A stretch of DNA of 64,000 bases from Prevotella sp. (GCA_031285625.1 JAITVV010000063.1:1-64000), one strand, 5' to 3'. Positions 27,151 through 38,913 are shown, counted from the stretch's first letter. Numbers and translations are program-made. The notes: a model not told the origin generated them from the sequence alone.

Positions 27151-28836
27151 TTAATTAGTACAGCTTATTATTAAATTGTTATCTGAAGGGATCAATCTGA
27201 ATACAAAGTCTGAGTTATTTCCTTTTACAATACTACCCTTTTCGCATGCAATATTATATTTAAATCCACGGAATTCTGCACTTATTGATGATTCCCTAAA
27301 ATCCTTAAAAGGTAATCTTTCTATTCTTTCTTGTGGTATTTTCAATTCCAGCATCCATATAAATCTTTTATCTTTAATACCATTACATGATACTTCTATC
27401 TTATTTTCATGGAATTCTAAAACAAAATTGTCGCCATCTTTATCTTTAGACTCAACTCTCAATACATTTTTTGAAGGTTCGCGGACAACAGGGTTTGTAA
27501 GAATTACATCTTTCTTATTCCCTTCTTTATCTACCTTTATAAATCTAAGCCCTGTCTTATCTTCGGGTGTACTCCAATAGAAACGGTCGATTACCGGAAG
27601 TGTATAATAAAAGAACTGGTTGCCTGTACCTGGTGTATCCAAGTATTCCGATTTGAAGTTTTCATCAAATAGATGAATATCTCTGAAACAGAATCCATCA
27701 TTTTCCCAAAACAAATTTGCCCTATAGAAACGGCTGTTATACCATACCGATTTGTTACCCTGATTACGCACATCAGCAAGGGTCGTAATAGCAGTAGCAG
27801 GTGTATGAGAGAATTGCTCTTTAAACCATTTGCCTGATTCTTCTAAGGTTTCTACCCTGATCTTACCAGCTGTGCGTAATGAATCGAATATAGGAAATTG
27901 CATTTCCAATCCGTCACCCATTCCTTCCCAGGTAAACGAATTCTCTTGTCCTGCCTGTGTATAGTTGAAAGCCAAACATGGCTCATTAGTAATGGATTCA
28001 AGAAAATATTCAACCCACTTCCTACTTTTTCCCGAATCATGGTATACAGGCTCAAGAGATATAACCCCCTGATAATTAGTCCCGACTCCGGCATCGTACT
28101 GATACATAGGATCGCTTCCCAGCATGCGGAAAATAGGTACCGGGATTTGTCCTGTTTCTGTCTGTGCCGGCATATAAGCATTATTTTTACTTGGATAATA
28201 CGCCTGATTCCAATAACCTCCCCACAATGTATAACCGTCTGTACCAACCTGATCTTTGCAGTTACATGAAGCAACTATCGCGTATTTATCATACATATAT
28301 TGCAATGTATGAGAGTCTATAAACCATGAGCCTACCGATTTAGGATATTTACCATATATTTCCTTAAATTTTGCCATATACACATCAACAAGCTTCTCCC
28401 TCTCGGCTTTTGTATATCCGGGTGTGAAAGCAATATTTGCAGTTGAAACCCAAGAGTGTTCGCCACGCCATTTTATTCCGGCAGCTTCAACATGTGGCTG
28501 CGTGATTTCCCACCATGCCCCTATCTCGGATTCCGCACGAAGTTGAGTCTTCATCAATTCCTGATACTTAGGATTGATAAGCGCATCGAACTGAAACAAA
28601 AATGTAGTAGGGAAATTATATTTATTAGACAGGGCTATCTGTTTTTGTACAGCATCGAACATGAGGTTATCGGAATCCTTCACACGATAGTCAGTCTGTC
28701 GGATAAAGTTGATAATATTAATAATCCGGGGAGCTTTTTCAGTAGGTTCTTTTACACTTTTCTTTTCTGTACAACCTGATAATAGTATCGGAAATACCAG
28801 TAAGAGGTATAAAAAATTAATTCCTTTTGCTTTCAT
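27151..28836 (-). CDS. PUL-associated conserved lipoprotein (GH57/deacetylase-like barrel suspected)
   Basis: Lipobox LSGC; IINFIRQTDYR, EIGAWWEI, FKEIYGKYPKSVGSWFID, GQENSF. Confidence 0.6.
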   Translation of the reverse strand: MKAKGINFLYLLLVFPILLSGCTEKKSVKEPTEKAPRIINIINFIRQTDYRVKDSDNLMFDAVQKQIALSNKYNFPTTFLFQFDALINPKYQELMKTQLRAESEIGAWWEITQPHVEAAGIKWRGEHSWVSTANIAFTPGYTKAEREKLVDVYMAKFKEIYGKYPKSVGSWFIDSHTLQYMYDKYAIVASCNCKDQVGTDGYTLWGGYWNQAYYPSKNNAYMPAQTETGQIPVPIFRMLGSDPMYQYDAGVGTNYQGVISLEPVYHDSGKSRKWVEYFLESITNEPCLAFNYTQAGQENSFTWEGMGDGLEMQFPIFDSLRTAGKIRVETLEESGKWFKEQFSHTPATAITTLADVRNQGNKSVWYNSRFYRANLFWENDGFCFRDIHLFDENFKSEYLDTPGTGNQFFYYTLPVIDRFYWSTPEDKTGLRFIKVDKEGNKKDVILTNPVVREPSKNVLRVESKDKDGDNFVLEFHENKIEVSCNGIKDKRFIWMLELKIPQERIERLPFKDFRESSISAEFRGFKYNIACEKGSIVKGNNSDFVFRLIPSDNNLIISCTN

Positions 28837-28897
28837 AATCTTATTTTAAAATTTCTTTTATAATTCTTTTACACTAAAAATTAGAGGATATTCACAA

Positions 28898-29113
28898 TCA
28901 TGTTTTTATAGTTAAAGTTCCGTCTTTTTCTACCTGAGCAGGATACTGCTTATTATTCACAGATATATTGTAACGTTTTGGAAATTGTAACCTTGTAAGT
29001 TTAAATACATAATTGCCCTGAGATAAGACTTTCCATGAATATATTTTTGATTTCCAATCTTTAATTTCCAATTTGATGGTATTGCGATTTTCAGTATCAA
29101 TAACCAGTGTCAT
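28898..29113 (-). pseudogene. Probable C-terminal gene remnant
   Basis: 71-aa beta-rich ORF without signal peptide between susD and the lipoprotein gene. Confidence 0.35.
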
Positions 29114-29203
29114 CAGTTCTCTGGTTTAAACTTTACAAGGAATATATTCAAATAAATTAGTCAAGCAAAAAATATTTTATATAAAATGCGATATGGCTAA
29201 TTA

Positions 29204-29237
29204 AATCTGGTCTGTTTTTGATTCAACAGACCAGATT
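29204..29237 (-). terminator. Stem-loop after susD
   Basis: AATCTGGTCTGTT...AACAGACCAGATT. Confidence 0.7.
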
Positions 29238-29246
29238 ATTAAAAAA

Positions 29247-30869
29247 TTATTTATAATTAGGATTTTGCACTAATGAATCTTTACTTTTGATTATCTCTGC
29301 CCGAGGAATTGGTAACAAATAATGTTGAGGAAGGAAATTCCTTTCCAGAACCATAATTGGATTATATGTAAATGTTCCATCACTTTCCTTAACCACTTCA
29401 ACTCCTTTCGCATCAATATTTTCGTAGGTTTCAGCTATAAGCCATCTACGTAAATCGAAATAACGATGATTTTCGAAAGATAGCTCAATACGGCGTTCAT
29501 TGCGTAATTTTTCGAGCAGTCTTACTCCTGTTTCTGTTACAAGTGGCATTTCCACCCCTTTGCGGCTCCTTACTTTATTTATAGCCACTCTACATTCGTC
29601 TTCGTTCCCTAAATAATATTGTGCTTCAGCATAATTCAAATAGAATTCAGCTAACCTGAAATACACCCATGGTTGGGTATTTGTCTCGCTAAGCGACTGG
29701 TTCTCATCTATAAATTTGTAAAGATAATAGCCTGTCAAAGATGTATTCCAGCTACCAACATCTCCCTGCGAGCTATCTCTTCCTTTGGGTATAAATACCT
29801 CTACTGCACGTCCTCTGTACATTGCTCCATTATACAATATGGATGCATAAAAACGTGGATCGCGTCCTTCGTATGGATTTGCCGGATCATAGCCCGAACC
29901 TGCTTCTGCAGGTTTTTTACCGGTTACCTTCATTTCGTAATCATCCACAAGATTTTGTAAAGGGCAGTTGCCTCCCCAACCATCATAGCCGTTAGGAGAG
30001 TTATATAAATTCATCCTGTGCCCGTTTACTTTTGTATATTCTCTCCTGAATATTACCTCTTTATTGCTTTCGAAAAATATTGATCTGTAATCTGAAGCCA
30101 GTTCGTAACCCTGAAGCTGAAGTATTTCGAGTGAGGCGTCACGAGCTTTTTGCCATTTGGATTGTTCATTATTAGGATTATTCAAAGGACTGGCAGCATA
30201 CAACAGTACTCTGGCTTTTAGAGCCTTGCAGGCATCTGCACATGCTCTACCCGAATTAGTACCTTCCATTTTATCCGGTAAGCGTGTTATTGCATCATTC
30301 AGATCAGACAGTATAAATTCGACACATTCATCGTATGTGTTTCTGGTTACAGAATAGTCTTCTTCTCCCATCGAATAAGATCGTGTAATAATAGGTACTC
30401 CTCCAAAACGCCAGATAAGATTGGAATAAATAAATGCACGGATAAACTTCATTTCTCCTGTCAATCTAGACTTTAAATCCTCAGATACAGTGGCCTTATC
30501 TATTTTCTCGAAATAAATATTAACGTTGCGTAAATATTCATAGGCTTTTTCCCAATAGTTGAAATTGGAAAAGCGTCCCGAATCGAAAGTTGTAATATTA
30601 TCGGCGGTCATTTCTCCCCTTGATACTATTATAGAACTCTCCTTCCCATGCCGAGTGTATGTCTCGTCTGTAGTGGAAGACATCATAGCCTCTTCAAAGC
30701 CCGTAGGATAAGCATTGTAACAAGCGTTGACATAGGCTGTCAATAAAGCCTCCTCATTAAAAACATCTTCCTCTGTCATTTTATCAAGTGGTTTCCTGTC
30801 CAGAAAATCGTCACAGGAGATAAAAATCGACGACAGCAAAATAAGACTGATATATGTTATTTTCTTCAT
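29247..30869 (-). CDS. SusD/RagB-family lipoprotein
   Basis: FISCDDFLDRKP, GRDPRFYASIL, FRLAEFYLNYAEA, ERRIELSFENHRYFDLRRW. Confidence 0.95.
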   Translation of the reverse strand: MKKITYISLILLSSIFISCDDFLDRKPLDKMTEEDVFNEEALLTAYVNACYNAYPTGFEEAMMSSTTDETYTRHGKESSIIVSRGEMTADNITTFDSGRFSNFNYWEKAYEYLRNVNIYFEKIDKATVSEDLKSRLTGEMKFIRAFIYSNLIWRFGGVPIITRSYSMGEEDYSVTRNTYDECVEFILSDLNDAITRLPDKMEGTNSGRACADACKALKARVLLYAASPLNNPNNEQSKWQKARDASLEILQLQGYELASDYRSIFFESNKEVIFRREYTKVNGHRMNLYNSPNGYDGWGGNCPLQNLVDDYEMKVTGKKPAEAGSGYDPANPYEGRDPRFYASILYNGAMYRGRAVEVFIPKGRDSSQGDVGSWNTSLTGYYLYKFIDENQSLSETNTQPWVYFRLAEFYLNYAEAQYYLGNEDECRVAINKVRSRKGVEMPLVTETGVRLLEKLRNERRIELSFENHRYFDLRRWLIAETYENIDAKGVEVVKESDGTFTYNPIMVLERNFLPQHYLLPIPRAEIIKSKDSLVQNPNYK

Positions 30870-30879
30870 TTCCGTTTAT

Positions 30880-33800
30880 TTAAAAAGTTATGTTTACACC
30901 TGCATTAAAAATTCTGACTTGTGGGTAATATGTTCCTTTACCATCGCTGCTTTCAGGGTCTATCACTTTTATCTTATCTAAAGTCAAAAGATTGTATCCG
31001 CTTAAGTATACCCTGCAATTTGAAATATTAAGCTTCTGAAACCATTTTTTTGGTAAGGTATATCCTATCTCAACATTTTTAAGACGAAGGAAAGATGCAT
31101 CTTTCAGATAAAAGTCAGAACCATACGATTCCATGCTATTGATACTTCCTCCGGCTCTAGGATTTGATCCGTTCGGATTATCCGTAGTCCACCTGTCTTT
31201 TGCCTGTTCCATATAAAAATTACCTGTTTGATCCATCCTGGAATAAATGGCTTGCTTTGCCCGTGCCTGTCCTTGCAACAAGACGCTCACATCCAGATTT
31301 CTCCATTCTGCTCCTAAGTTCAGACCAAACACTATTTCAGGGAAATTTGTCAGATCTTGTCTTACCCTATCCATAGAATTAATAATTCCATTATCATCTA
31401 CGTCTTTGAATATCAAGTCCCCAGGTCTTGCACCTTCCATATGTGGATATGAGTCTACATGAGCCTGATCTTTGAAAATACCTATTACCTCATAATATAA
31501 TCCTGCACCCAAAGGCTGACCTTCTTCTTTCATATAGTCGTATCCTTCCCCCCAAGGAGTTTCATCCATGTAGATTACTTTATTGCGTGCATATAAGAAA
31601 TTTCCAGAAGCATTAAAATTCACTTGTCCAATTTTACTTCTATGATTTACCTGAAACTCTACACCTTTATTCTGTACTTTTCCAATATTTTCGTCAGGAA
31701 GGTCTTTCAATCCTGTATATTGGGGAATGGAGGCATTGCGGCGTCTTAATATACTTGAGCGTTTGGTTTTAAACAGGTCGAATTCAAAGCCCAACAGCCC
31801 GTTCCAGAAATTACCATCCAGTCCAATATTATATGTATCAGCAACTTCCCAAGTAATATCCATATTAGGAAATCCTTCCTGATACACACCTTGTACAACT
31901 GTATTTCCAAAAACATAATTTCTTCCGGTTGCGTATTTTAATAGATACTGGAATGCTCCTACATTATCGTTACCTTGCTGTCCGTAAGACGCTCTCAATT
32001 TCAGATTATTTATCCATTCTATATTATCTTTTATAAAGTTCTCTTCAGAAAGCCTCCATCCAAGCGATACTCCGGGAAAGAATCCCCATCTTTTGCCTGA
32101 GGCAAAGATATAGGAACCATCATTTCTGAAATTGAACTGAGCCATATATTTTCCGGCATAATCATATGCTAATCTACCGAAATAACTCCTACGGGCCTGT
32201 TCAAAAGCGCTTCCTCCCACATCAAGATATTCTTTATTGGTGCTTCCGGCAAAGAGTTGGTCAATAGCTGTAGACAGATAGTTGGAACGCCATGCCCAAA
32301 AGTCGTTTCCTTTATTTTCGTTCTGCTCGTAACCTAACATTAAATCAACTCCATGCAGAGAATTGAAAGTTCTTTTGTAGTTTATCTTAGCATTCAACGT
32401 AAATGATGTTCTAGGCACATAGTCTTGTCTGAGTTCGGCAAAATCGCGTCCTCCATTTTTCTTTTTTTCATAGACGTTCGTCGCTTCATCCCATACATAG
32501 TAATAGAAAGGTGTCTTCCATTCTTTCTTCTCCATGCCTTCTTTATCAAAAGCCATATAACCGTCGACAGACAGCCCCTCTGTCAACCAAGACAAATCTA
32601 AAGTAGCAGAAAACGTACTATTAAAAACAGATTTATTGTATTTTCTATATCCGGTTTCACTGGTAACTAACGTCACAGGATTTCCGATATCCATCCCGGC
32701 TGTTGGTAATCCATTAGGATAACGAGCCAGAGATGTAGGGAAAGAACGTGTTAATGTGTAAAAAATAGTTCCGCTATCGTAACCTGAATAATGCTGGTCT
32801 TCAATTCTTCCGGCAAGGTCAACCGATACCTTCAGATGTTTTGTTATTTGAGCATCAATATTTGACCTGACATTATATTGTTTATAATAAGTATCACTCT
32901 TCTTATATATTGCATCCTGATCCGAATATCCTCCTCCTATAAAATATTTAACTCGATCATTACCTCCTCTTATAGACAGGTTATGCTTTTGCTGTAAAGT
33001 ATTTTTTCTAAGAGTTTGGTCAAACCAATCTGTATTAGGATAATGGACAGGGTCTGAGCCATTGCGAAATTTTTCGATTTCTTCGGCTGTATATCTTGGT
33101 GTACGGCCTTCATACTCTTCCACTTCATTAAATACCTGAGCAAATGTTGCTGCATCAGCCATCTTCGGCAAACGAGTCGGTTGCTGAACTCCTACATTAT
33201 ATGAATAGTTTATTGTAGGCTTACCTTCTTTACCGCGCTTTGTGGTAATGAGTATAACACCATTAGCCGAACGCGATCCATAAATAGCAGCCGATGCGTC
33301 TTTCAATACTGTGATACTCTCTATATCATCCGGATTGATTCTATCCCAGTTTCCACTTCTATTGGCAATTCCATCTATAAGAATCAAAGGATCCGTATTT
33401 CCGCTTGTACTCTTACCTCTGATACTGATAGATGCCCCATCTGAACCCGGCTCTCCGTTTCTCACATTCATAATTACCCCGGAGATTCTACCTTGCAATG
33501 ATTGCCCGATATTCATTGACGGGCTTTTTACAATATCCTCTCCTTTTGTTGTTGATATGGATCCGGTTACCAATCCTTTCTTTTGTGTTCCGTAACCAAC
33601 AACCATGACTTCATTTAGCTGCTGGTTATCTTCTTTAAGAATCACATTTATTTCTTTTTTCTCTTTAGTCTGTATTTCCTGGGCAATGTATCCTACATAA
33701 GAGAATACCAAAGTCGAATTACTATCTGTTACATCTATGATGAATTTACCATCCATATCAGTAATTGTACCTTGTGTAGTACCTTTTACCACCACGGAAA

Positions 33801-34008
33801 CCCCAATAAGAGGCTCGCTATTTTCATCTGTTACTGTTCCTGTCACTGTTCGTTTTTGCTGTTGGCTAAGCTCCTGCAAACCACTGTTAGCATAAGTACA
33901 CAATGGAGAAACCAGCAACATAGCTAATGTTAGTATTATAGCTGAAAAAGAAGAGGATATATATATTCTCTGCCTTTTCGCTTTAAATAAGAGTTTTTTA
34001 TGTTTCAT
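30880..34008 (-). CDS. SusC/RagA TonB-dependent transporter
   Basis: EVMVVGYGTQKK, IESITVLKDASAAIYGSRSANGVILITTKRG, ITWEVA, terminal Phe. Confidence 0.95.
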   Translation of the reverse strand: MKHKKLLFKAKRQRIYISSSFSAIILTLAMLLVSPLCTYANSGLQELSQQQKRTVTGTVTDENSEPLIGVSVVVKGTTQGTITDMDGKFIIDVTDSNSTLVFSYVGYIAQEIQTKEKKEINVILKEDNQQLNEVMVVGYGTQKKGLVTGSISTTKGEDIVKSPSMNIGQSLQGRISGVIMNVRNGEPGSDGASISIRGKSTSGNTDPLILIDGIANRSGNWDRINPDDIESITVLKDASAAIYGSRSANGVILITTKRGKEGKPTINYSYNVGVQQPTRLPKMADAATFAQVFNEVEEYEGRTPRYTAEEIEKFRNGSDPVHYPNTDWFDQTLRKNTLQQKHNLSIRGGNDRVKYFIGGGYSDQDAIYKKSDTYYKQYNVRSNIDAQITKHLKVSVDLAGRIEDQHYSGYDSGTIFYTLTRSFPTSLARYPNGLPTAGMDIGNPVTLVTSETGYRKYNKSVFNSTFSATLDLSWLTEGLSVDGYMAFDKEGMEKKEWKTPFYYYVWDEATNVYEKKKNGGRDFAELRQDYVPRTSFTLNAKINYKRTFNSLHGVDLMLGYEQNENKGNDFWAWRSNYLSTAIDQLFAGSTNKEYLDVGGSAFEQARRSYFGRLAYDYAGKYMAQFNFRNDGSYIFASGKRWGFFPGVSLGWRLSEENFIKDNIEWINNLKLRASYGQQGNDNVGAFQYLLKYATGRNYVFGNTVVQGVYQEGFPNMDITWEVADTYNIGLDGNFWNGLLGFEFDLFKTKRSSILRRRNASIPQYTGLKDLPDENIGKVQNKGVEFQVNHRSKIGQVNFNASGNFLYARNKVIYMDETPWGEGYDYMKEEGQPLGAGLYYEVIGIFKDQAHVDSYPHMEGARPGDLIFKDVDDNGIINSMDRVRQDLTNFPEIVFGLNLGAEWRNLDVSVLLQGQARAKQAIYSRMDQTGNFYMEQAKDRWTTDNPNGSNPRAGGSINSMESYGSDFYLKDASFLRLKNVEIGYTLPKKWFQKLNISNCRVYLSGYNLLTLDKIKVIDPESSDGKGTYYPQVRIFNAGVNITF

Positions 34009-34180
34009 AGTTTTATATTATTTTTAGAATTGTATTTTTCACAATTAATTATCTGGTAAATATGTCGAGACACTCGAATCTTATTATAATATCATGTAAT
34101 TAGTTTTTTCTTATATCATAGGCAACTATGTTTTGGGTTAACAATAAAGGCAAGCTCTGAGGTAATAATATTTACCACAA

Positions 34181-34245
34181 CAAAATTAGATTTTGAACAT
34201 ATACACAGATTTCGTGTTTTGATACTAACATTTAATATTTTGATA
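34181..34245 (-). promoter_or_regulatory. susC promoter with putative AraC tandem sites
   Basis: TAATTTTG on the minus strand at 34181-34188; TTTTGATA at 34217 and 34238 (21-bp spacing). Confidence 0.5.
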
Positions 34246-34385
34246 TATTTATAAATGCTAATAGATCAGCAGTTTTTCTATCATTTCTATCACATGAATT
34301 TATAATATTGAGATAAAATTTATCAAGCAGTTTATATTCTGCTAAAGAATTATTCATATGTTAATATTATTCAAAATCATAATAT

Positions 34386-35279
34386 TCAAATTTCTTTTCC
34401 TTGTGTTATTTCCCTGTATTTGATTGGTGTCAAACCAACTTTTTTCTTAAAAAGAGTACAGAAATAATCAGGGTTTTCGAAACCTACTTCATAAGCAATT
34501 TCCTGACTGGACAGGTCAGTATTAGTTAATAATTCCTTGCATTTTTGCACTTTCAATTCAATAAGGAATTGAGATGGAGGAAATCCGGTGTATTGTTTAA
34601 ATAATTTTCGAAACCATGAATACCCCATATTAACCTGACTGGCTATTTCTTCCGGAGTAATATTATTACTAAAATTTTCATACATAATAATTTTAGCCCG
34701 ATTGATTTGTTTTACAACTCTCAGATCTTCAAAGGAAGCATGCTTATTCTGTGAATATGCAAATCCCAATAAGTAATTTACAATCCCGGCAAGCATTTGT
34801 TGGAAGCCTGTATTCTGCTCTCTCGATATATTTATGGCCTGATTGAAAAGCTGTATAATATCATCCCTGATACCTATATTAAAGACAGGCTTATCTTTGC
34901 GAAAAAAACCATTTTCAATCCTATTATCAATATTAATTCCCTTAAATCCTATCCAGTATTCATCCCATCCTGTCAATGAATCGGGCTTATAACTATGCCA
35001 TTCACCGGGAAAAAGAAGAAACATATTACCTTCTTTGATATTGGTCAATTTTTGGCTCTTCGAAATAAAGCTTCCCCTTCCTCTTACGATATAGATCAGT
35101 TGATATTCATCCAGAATACGTCCGCGCTCTGTTGAAAAAAGATAGCGGGTAGGATGATTTCCGGGAGGATAAGGCGAATTCTTCTTTATATGCTGAAAGC
35201 CTACTGAACTAACTGTTAGTCCCCATAAAATATCTTGGTCACTTGCTATTAAGTATTTAATATGAGATGTGTTTTTCAT
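34386..35279 (-). CDS. AraC-family transcriptional regulator
   Basis: Cupin domain (LLFPGEWHSY) plus HTH pair (YSWFRKLFKQYTG, EIAYEVGFENPDYF). Confidence 0.92.
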   Translation of the reverse strand: MKNTSHIKYLIASDQDILWGLTVSSVGFQHIKKNSPYPPGNHPTRYLFSTERGRILDEYQLIYIVRGRGSFISKSQKLTNIKEGNMFLLFPGEWHSYKPDSLTGWDEYWIGFKGINIDNRIENGFFRKDKPVFNIGIRDDIIQLFNQAINISREQNTGFQQMLAGIVNYLLGFAYSQNKHASFEDLRVVKQINRAKIIMYENFSNNITPEEIASQVNMGYSWFRKLFKQYTGFPPSQFLIELKVQKCKELLTNTDLSSQEIAYEVGFENPDYFCTLFKKKVGLTPIKYREITQGKEI

Positions 35280-35534
35280 ATGTTATCATTTTTTTGAATA
35301 GGTATTATAAACAGGTAATATGCAGATCACTTATAACACTATAAGACAAACAAATACAAATGTAAAGCATTACATTATAGAGGAATTTAAGAATACCAAA
35401 ATGATAAATCTTTGTATCAAAAAGTCAAATACTCCAGATGTGATAAATAAGAAATAAATACCCTGATGCAGTATGAAGGTTTCAGCAAGATGACAACAGT
35501 GAAGTTTTTTAATATGATAAAAATTCCCAAAAAG

Positions 35535-35565
35535 AAAGCCTTCTAAATTTTAGTTTAGAAGGCTT
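35535..35565 (-). terminator. icd terminator
   Basis: AAGCCTTCTAAA-TTTTAG-TTTAGAAGGCTT; A-rich flank gives the U-tract on the minus strand. Confidence 0.75.
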
Positions 35566-35587
35566 AAGATATATTCTTAATAAAATA

Positions 35588-36817
35588 TTACACTACACCC
35601 AGTTTCGTTTTTAATCCTTGTGCAATAGTATTCAGGAAATCTTCTGTATTGAGATAATCACCCCTGTGCATGGTATCACCATATACAAGCAAAGCAAGAT
35701 CTTTAGTCATTTTACCCCTTTCTACAGTCTCGATACATACCTCCTCCAGTTTTCGGGTAAAATCTACAAGAGCCCAGTTTTCATCAAGTTTTCCTCTATG
35801 CGCCAAACCTCTTGTCCATGCAAAAATAGATGCTATCGGATTTGTCGATGTTTCTTTTCCTTGCTGGTATTGGCGGTAATGACGGGTTACTGTTCCGTGC
35901 GCAGCTTCAGCTTCCATTGTTTTTCCATCAGGAGTAAGAAGTACAGATGTCATTAATCCCAATGAGCCGAATCCTTGAGCCACTGTATCTGACTGAACAT
36001 CACCATCGTAATTTTTACATGCCCAGACAAATCCACCGTCCCATTTCAATGCAGCAGCCACCATATCATCTATTAATCGATGCTCATATGTAAGTCCTGC
36101 TTTTTCGTATGCTTCTCTATATTCTTTTTCATATACTTCCTGAAATATATCCTTGAAGCGTCCGTCATAAGCTTTTAGTATCGTATTTTTTGTTGACAGA
36201 TATAGCGGGTATTTTTTCTGCAGTGCCAGTTTGAAGCAGGAGTGCGCAAATCCATAGATAGACTCATCTGTATTGTACATAGCCATAGCAACGCCGTCTC
36301 CATTGTAATCATACACAATATGGGTTTGAGGTTCTCCTCCTTCAGGGGTGAAAGTTATGGTAAGTTTTCCCTTACCTTTGGTAACAAAATCGGTTGCCTT
36401 ATACTGATCGGCATGGGCATGACGTCCTATTACAATCGGTTTTGTCCATGTAGTTACCAGACGTGGTATATTGCTCATAATAATAGGCTCCCGGAAAACC
36501 GTTCCTCCAATAATATTACGAATAGTTCCATTTGGTGATTTCCACATCTTTTTCAGTCCGAATTCTTCTACTCTGGCTTCATCAGGAGTAATGGTCGCAC
36601 ATTTTACAGCCACATGGTATTTTTTTGTAGCTTCGGCACTGTCAATAGTTACCTGATCGTTAGTTGCATCGCGATTCTGAATACTCAAATCATAATATTT
36701 GAGGTCAATATCCAGGTAAGGTAATATCAGTTTATCTTTAATATATCGCCATATTATCCGTGTCATTTCATCCCCGTCCATTTCCACTACAGGGTTTGTC
36801 ACTTTTATCTTTTGCAT
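35588..36817 (-). CDS. icd: NADP-dependent isocitrate dehydrogenase
   Basis: [49 protein letters not shown]. Confidence 0.97.
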   Translation of the reverse strand: MQKIKVTNPVVEMDGDEMTRIIWRYIKDKLILPYLDIDLKYYDLSIQNRDATNDQVTIDSAEATKKYHVAVKCATITPDEARVEEFGLKKMWKSPNGTIRNIIGGTVFREPIIMSNIPRLVTTWTKPIVIGRHAHADQYKATDFVTKGKGKLTITFTPEGGEPQTHIVYDYNGDGVAMAMYNTDESIYGFAHSCFKLALQKKYPLYLSTKNTILKAYDGRFKDIFQEVYEKEYREAYEKAGLTYEHRLIDDMVAAALKWDGGFVWACKNYDGDVQSDTVAQGFGSLGLMTSVLLTPDGKTMEAEAAHGTVTRHYRQYQQGKETSTNPIASIFAWTRGLAHRGKLDENWALVDFTRKLEEVCIETVERGKMTKDLALLVYGDTMHRGDYLNTEDFLNTIAQGLKTKLGVV

Positions 36818-36842
36818 ATCGTTATTAAATTTAAGTGATACA

Positions 36843-37721
36843 TTATTGTTTCTTTTGTATATCCTTCAGCCACATTTCAAGCAAGGATAACATTTCTATA
36901 TGATATTTGAAGTTCTCTCTCATACCCCATCCATGGCCTCCTTCGGGAAAGATATACATAGTAGCGGGAATATTATTATTTTTCAGTGCTTCGTAGTATT
37001 TTATACTATTTGCCGGCTGTACACTTCCATCATCGTCACTCAGAAGCAATATGGTTGGAGGAGTATTCACATTAACCTGTTTCTCATTCGAGAAGGTATA
37101 AATATCCGTTTGGGAAGGGTTACTACCCAGCAAATTCATCTTGGAACCTCCATGAGTCGCAACTTCCATAGTTATAACAGGATAGAATAAGATTGTAAAA
37201 TCGGGCCGGGTACTTGTACCTGATTTGGCAAAATGAGTGGAAGTTGTTGCTGCCAAATGTCCTCCGGCAGAAAAACCAGCTATGCCAACCTTATTTTTAT
37301 CTATATTCAATTCCGCAGCATGATCACGAATATAGCGCACAGCCTGCTGCGCATCATCCAAAGGAACTTCCTTATGTTGATTAGGCATCCGGTACTTAAG
37401 TATAATACCTGCTATCCCTTGTTTGTTAAGCCATTGGGCAAACTGTACACCTTCATGCTGAAAAGCAAGGCCGGCATACCCGCCACCCGGGCAAATAAGC
37501 ACAGCCATTTGTGTATTTATCGACTTTTCTGGTAGATAGATAGTCAAATCCGGTACAGATACATTCCTAACTCCACCATTTTCATGTTTTTCCGGTTCGG
37601 ATATTTCATTACTGGTTGGCGGATTTCCCTCCCATAGTTTCACTACTTTCTGTGCATTCATATTTACAGATATTAAAAGGAAGAGAATACAACCAAATAT
37701 AACTTTGGATAAATTAATCAT
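36843..37721 (-). CDS. Secreted alpha/beta-hydrolase esterase (acetylxylan/feruloyl esterase-like)
   Basis: CPGGGY, GFSAGGH nucleophile motif, GGHGWG. Confidence 0.85.
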   Translation of the reverse strand: MINLSKVIFGCILFLLISVNMNAQKVVKLWEGNPPTSNEISEPEKHENGGVRNVSVPDLTIYLPEKSINTQMAVLICPGGGYAGLAFQHEGVQFAQWLNKQGIAGIILKYRMPNQHKEVPLDDAQQAVRYIRDHAAELNIDKNKVGIAGFSAGGHLAATTSTHFAKSGTSTRPDFTILFYPVITMEVATHGGSKMNLLGSNPSQTDIYTFSNEKQVNVNTPPTILLLSDDDGSVQPANSIKYYEALKNNNIPATMYIFPEGGHGWGMRENFKYHIEMLSLLEMWLKDIQKKQ

Positions 37722-37825
37722 TACTCATCAGTTTAGAGGACGACATTTTTCAAAGATAGAAAAATTCAAGGTTATATCAAAGACACAATAAGAAAGATAT
37801 ATCAATTCATTTGTAGATTTTTGAC

Positions 37826-37833
37826 TATCTTTG
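37826..37833 (+). promoter_or_regulatory. -7 promoter element for trpS
   Basis: TATCTTTG. Confidence 0.6.
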
Positions 37834-37865
37834 TGCCTTAAAAAATGAAAATATAAAATTTAAAT

Positions 37866-38855
37866 ATGGAAACAGTTTTAAGTGGTATAAGATCCACAGG
37901 AAGACTGCACCTAGGCAACTATTTTGGTGCACTCAGAAATTTTACAAGAATGCAATATGAAAACAAATGTTTCTTTTTTATTGCTGACTATCATTCACTG
38001 ACTACTCATCCCGACCCTAAAGCACTGCATGAGAATGTCAAGAGTGTATTGGTTGATTATCTTGCAGCAGGTATCGATCCTGAAGCATCAACAATATATA
38101 TTCAAAGCGATATGCCCGAGGTATGTGAGCTATACTTATTATTGAATATGCATGCATATCTGGGTGAGTTGTCGAAAACTGTTTCGTTTAAAGAGAAAGC
38201 CAGAAAACATCAGGATAACGTGAATGCTGGTTTACTTACTTACCCTACCCTTATGGCGGCAGATATATTAATACATAATGCCGATAAAGTTCCTGTAGGA
38301 AAAGATCAGGAACAACATCTTGAGATGACCCGTAAGTTTGCTCGCCGCTTCAATAACCTATATGGAGTAGAATACTTTAAAGAACCCGTTGCATATAACT
38401 TTGGGGAGGAGCTTATTAAGATACCAGGACTTGATGGCAGCGGCAAGATGGGAAAATCTGAAGGTAATTGTATTTATCTGGATGAAGATCCTAAAAGTAT
38501 TGAAAAGAAGGTAAAACGTGCCCTGACAGATGAAGGTCCTAAAGCCCTAAATTCAGAAAAACCAGATTATATAGAGAATCTGTTTACCATCCTTAATGTT
38601 GTCTCTACAAAAGAGGTTGTTCAACATTTTGAAGATAAATGGAATACTTGTGAAATACGCTATGGAGATCTAAAGAAACAACTGGCAGAGGATATTATAA
38701 AAGTAACGACTCCTATAAGAGAGCGCATTATTGAGATACAAAATGATGATGCCTACCTGCATAAAGTGGTAACTGAAGGTGCTGAAAAGGCTAGAGAAAG
38801 TGCCCGTAAAACAGTAGCGGAAGTACGCGAAATAATGGGATTCAAGAAGTTCTGA
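37866..38855 (+). CDS. trpS: Tryptophan--tRNA ligase
   Basis: HLGN (HIGH motif), YPTLMAADIL, VPVGKDQEQHLE, KMGKS. Confidence 0.97.
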   Translation: METVLSGIRSTGRLHLGNYFGALRNFTRMQYENKCFFFIADYHSLTTHPDPKALHENVKSVLVDYLAAGIDPEASTIYIQSDMPEVCELYLLLNMHAYLGELSKTVSFKEKARKHQDNVNAGLLTYPTLMAADILIHNADKVPVGKDQEQHLEMTRKFARRFNNLYGVEYFKEPVAYNFGEELIKIPGLDGSGKMGKSEGNCIYLDEDPKSIEKKVKRALTDEGPKALNSEKPDYIENLFTILNVVSTKEVVQHFEDKWNTCEIRYGDLKKQLAEDIIKVTTPIRERIIEIQNDDAYLHKVVTEGAEKARESARKTVAEVREIMGFKKF

Positions 38856-38875
38856 ATTCCGGATAAATCAAAAAT

Positions 38876-38913
38876 AAAAAAGAAGGGCTTTCAAATGAAA
38901 GCCCTTCTTTTTT
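38876..38913. terminator. Bidirectional terminator
   Basis: AAAAAAGAAGGGCTTTCA-AA-TGAAAGCCCTTCTTTTTT between convergent genes. Confidence 0.9.

Noticed and set aside
13786-34008. SusC/SusD shufflon or invertible region driven by the integrase
   Set aside because: The two susC/D pairs are divergent, co-oriented and share no long inverted repeats that I could see.
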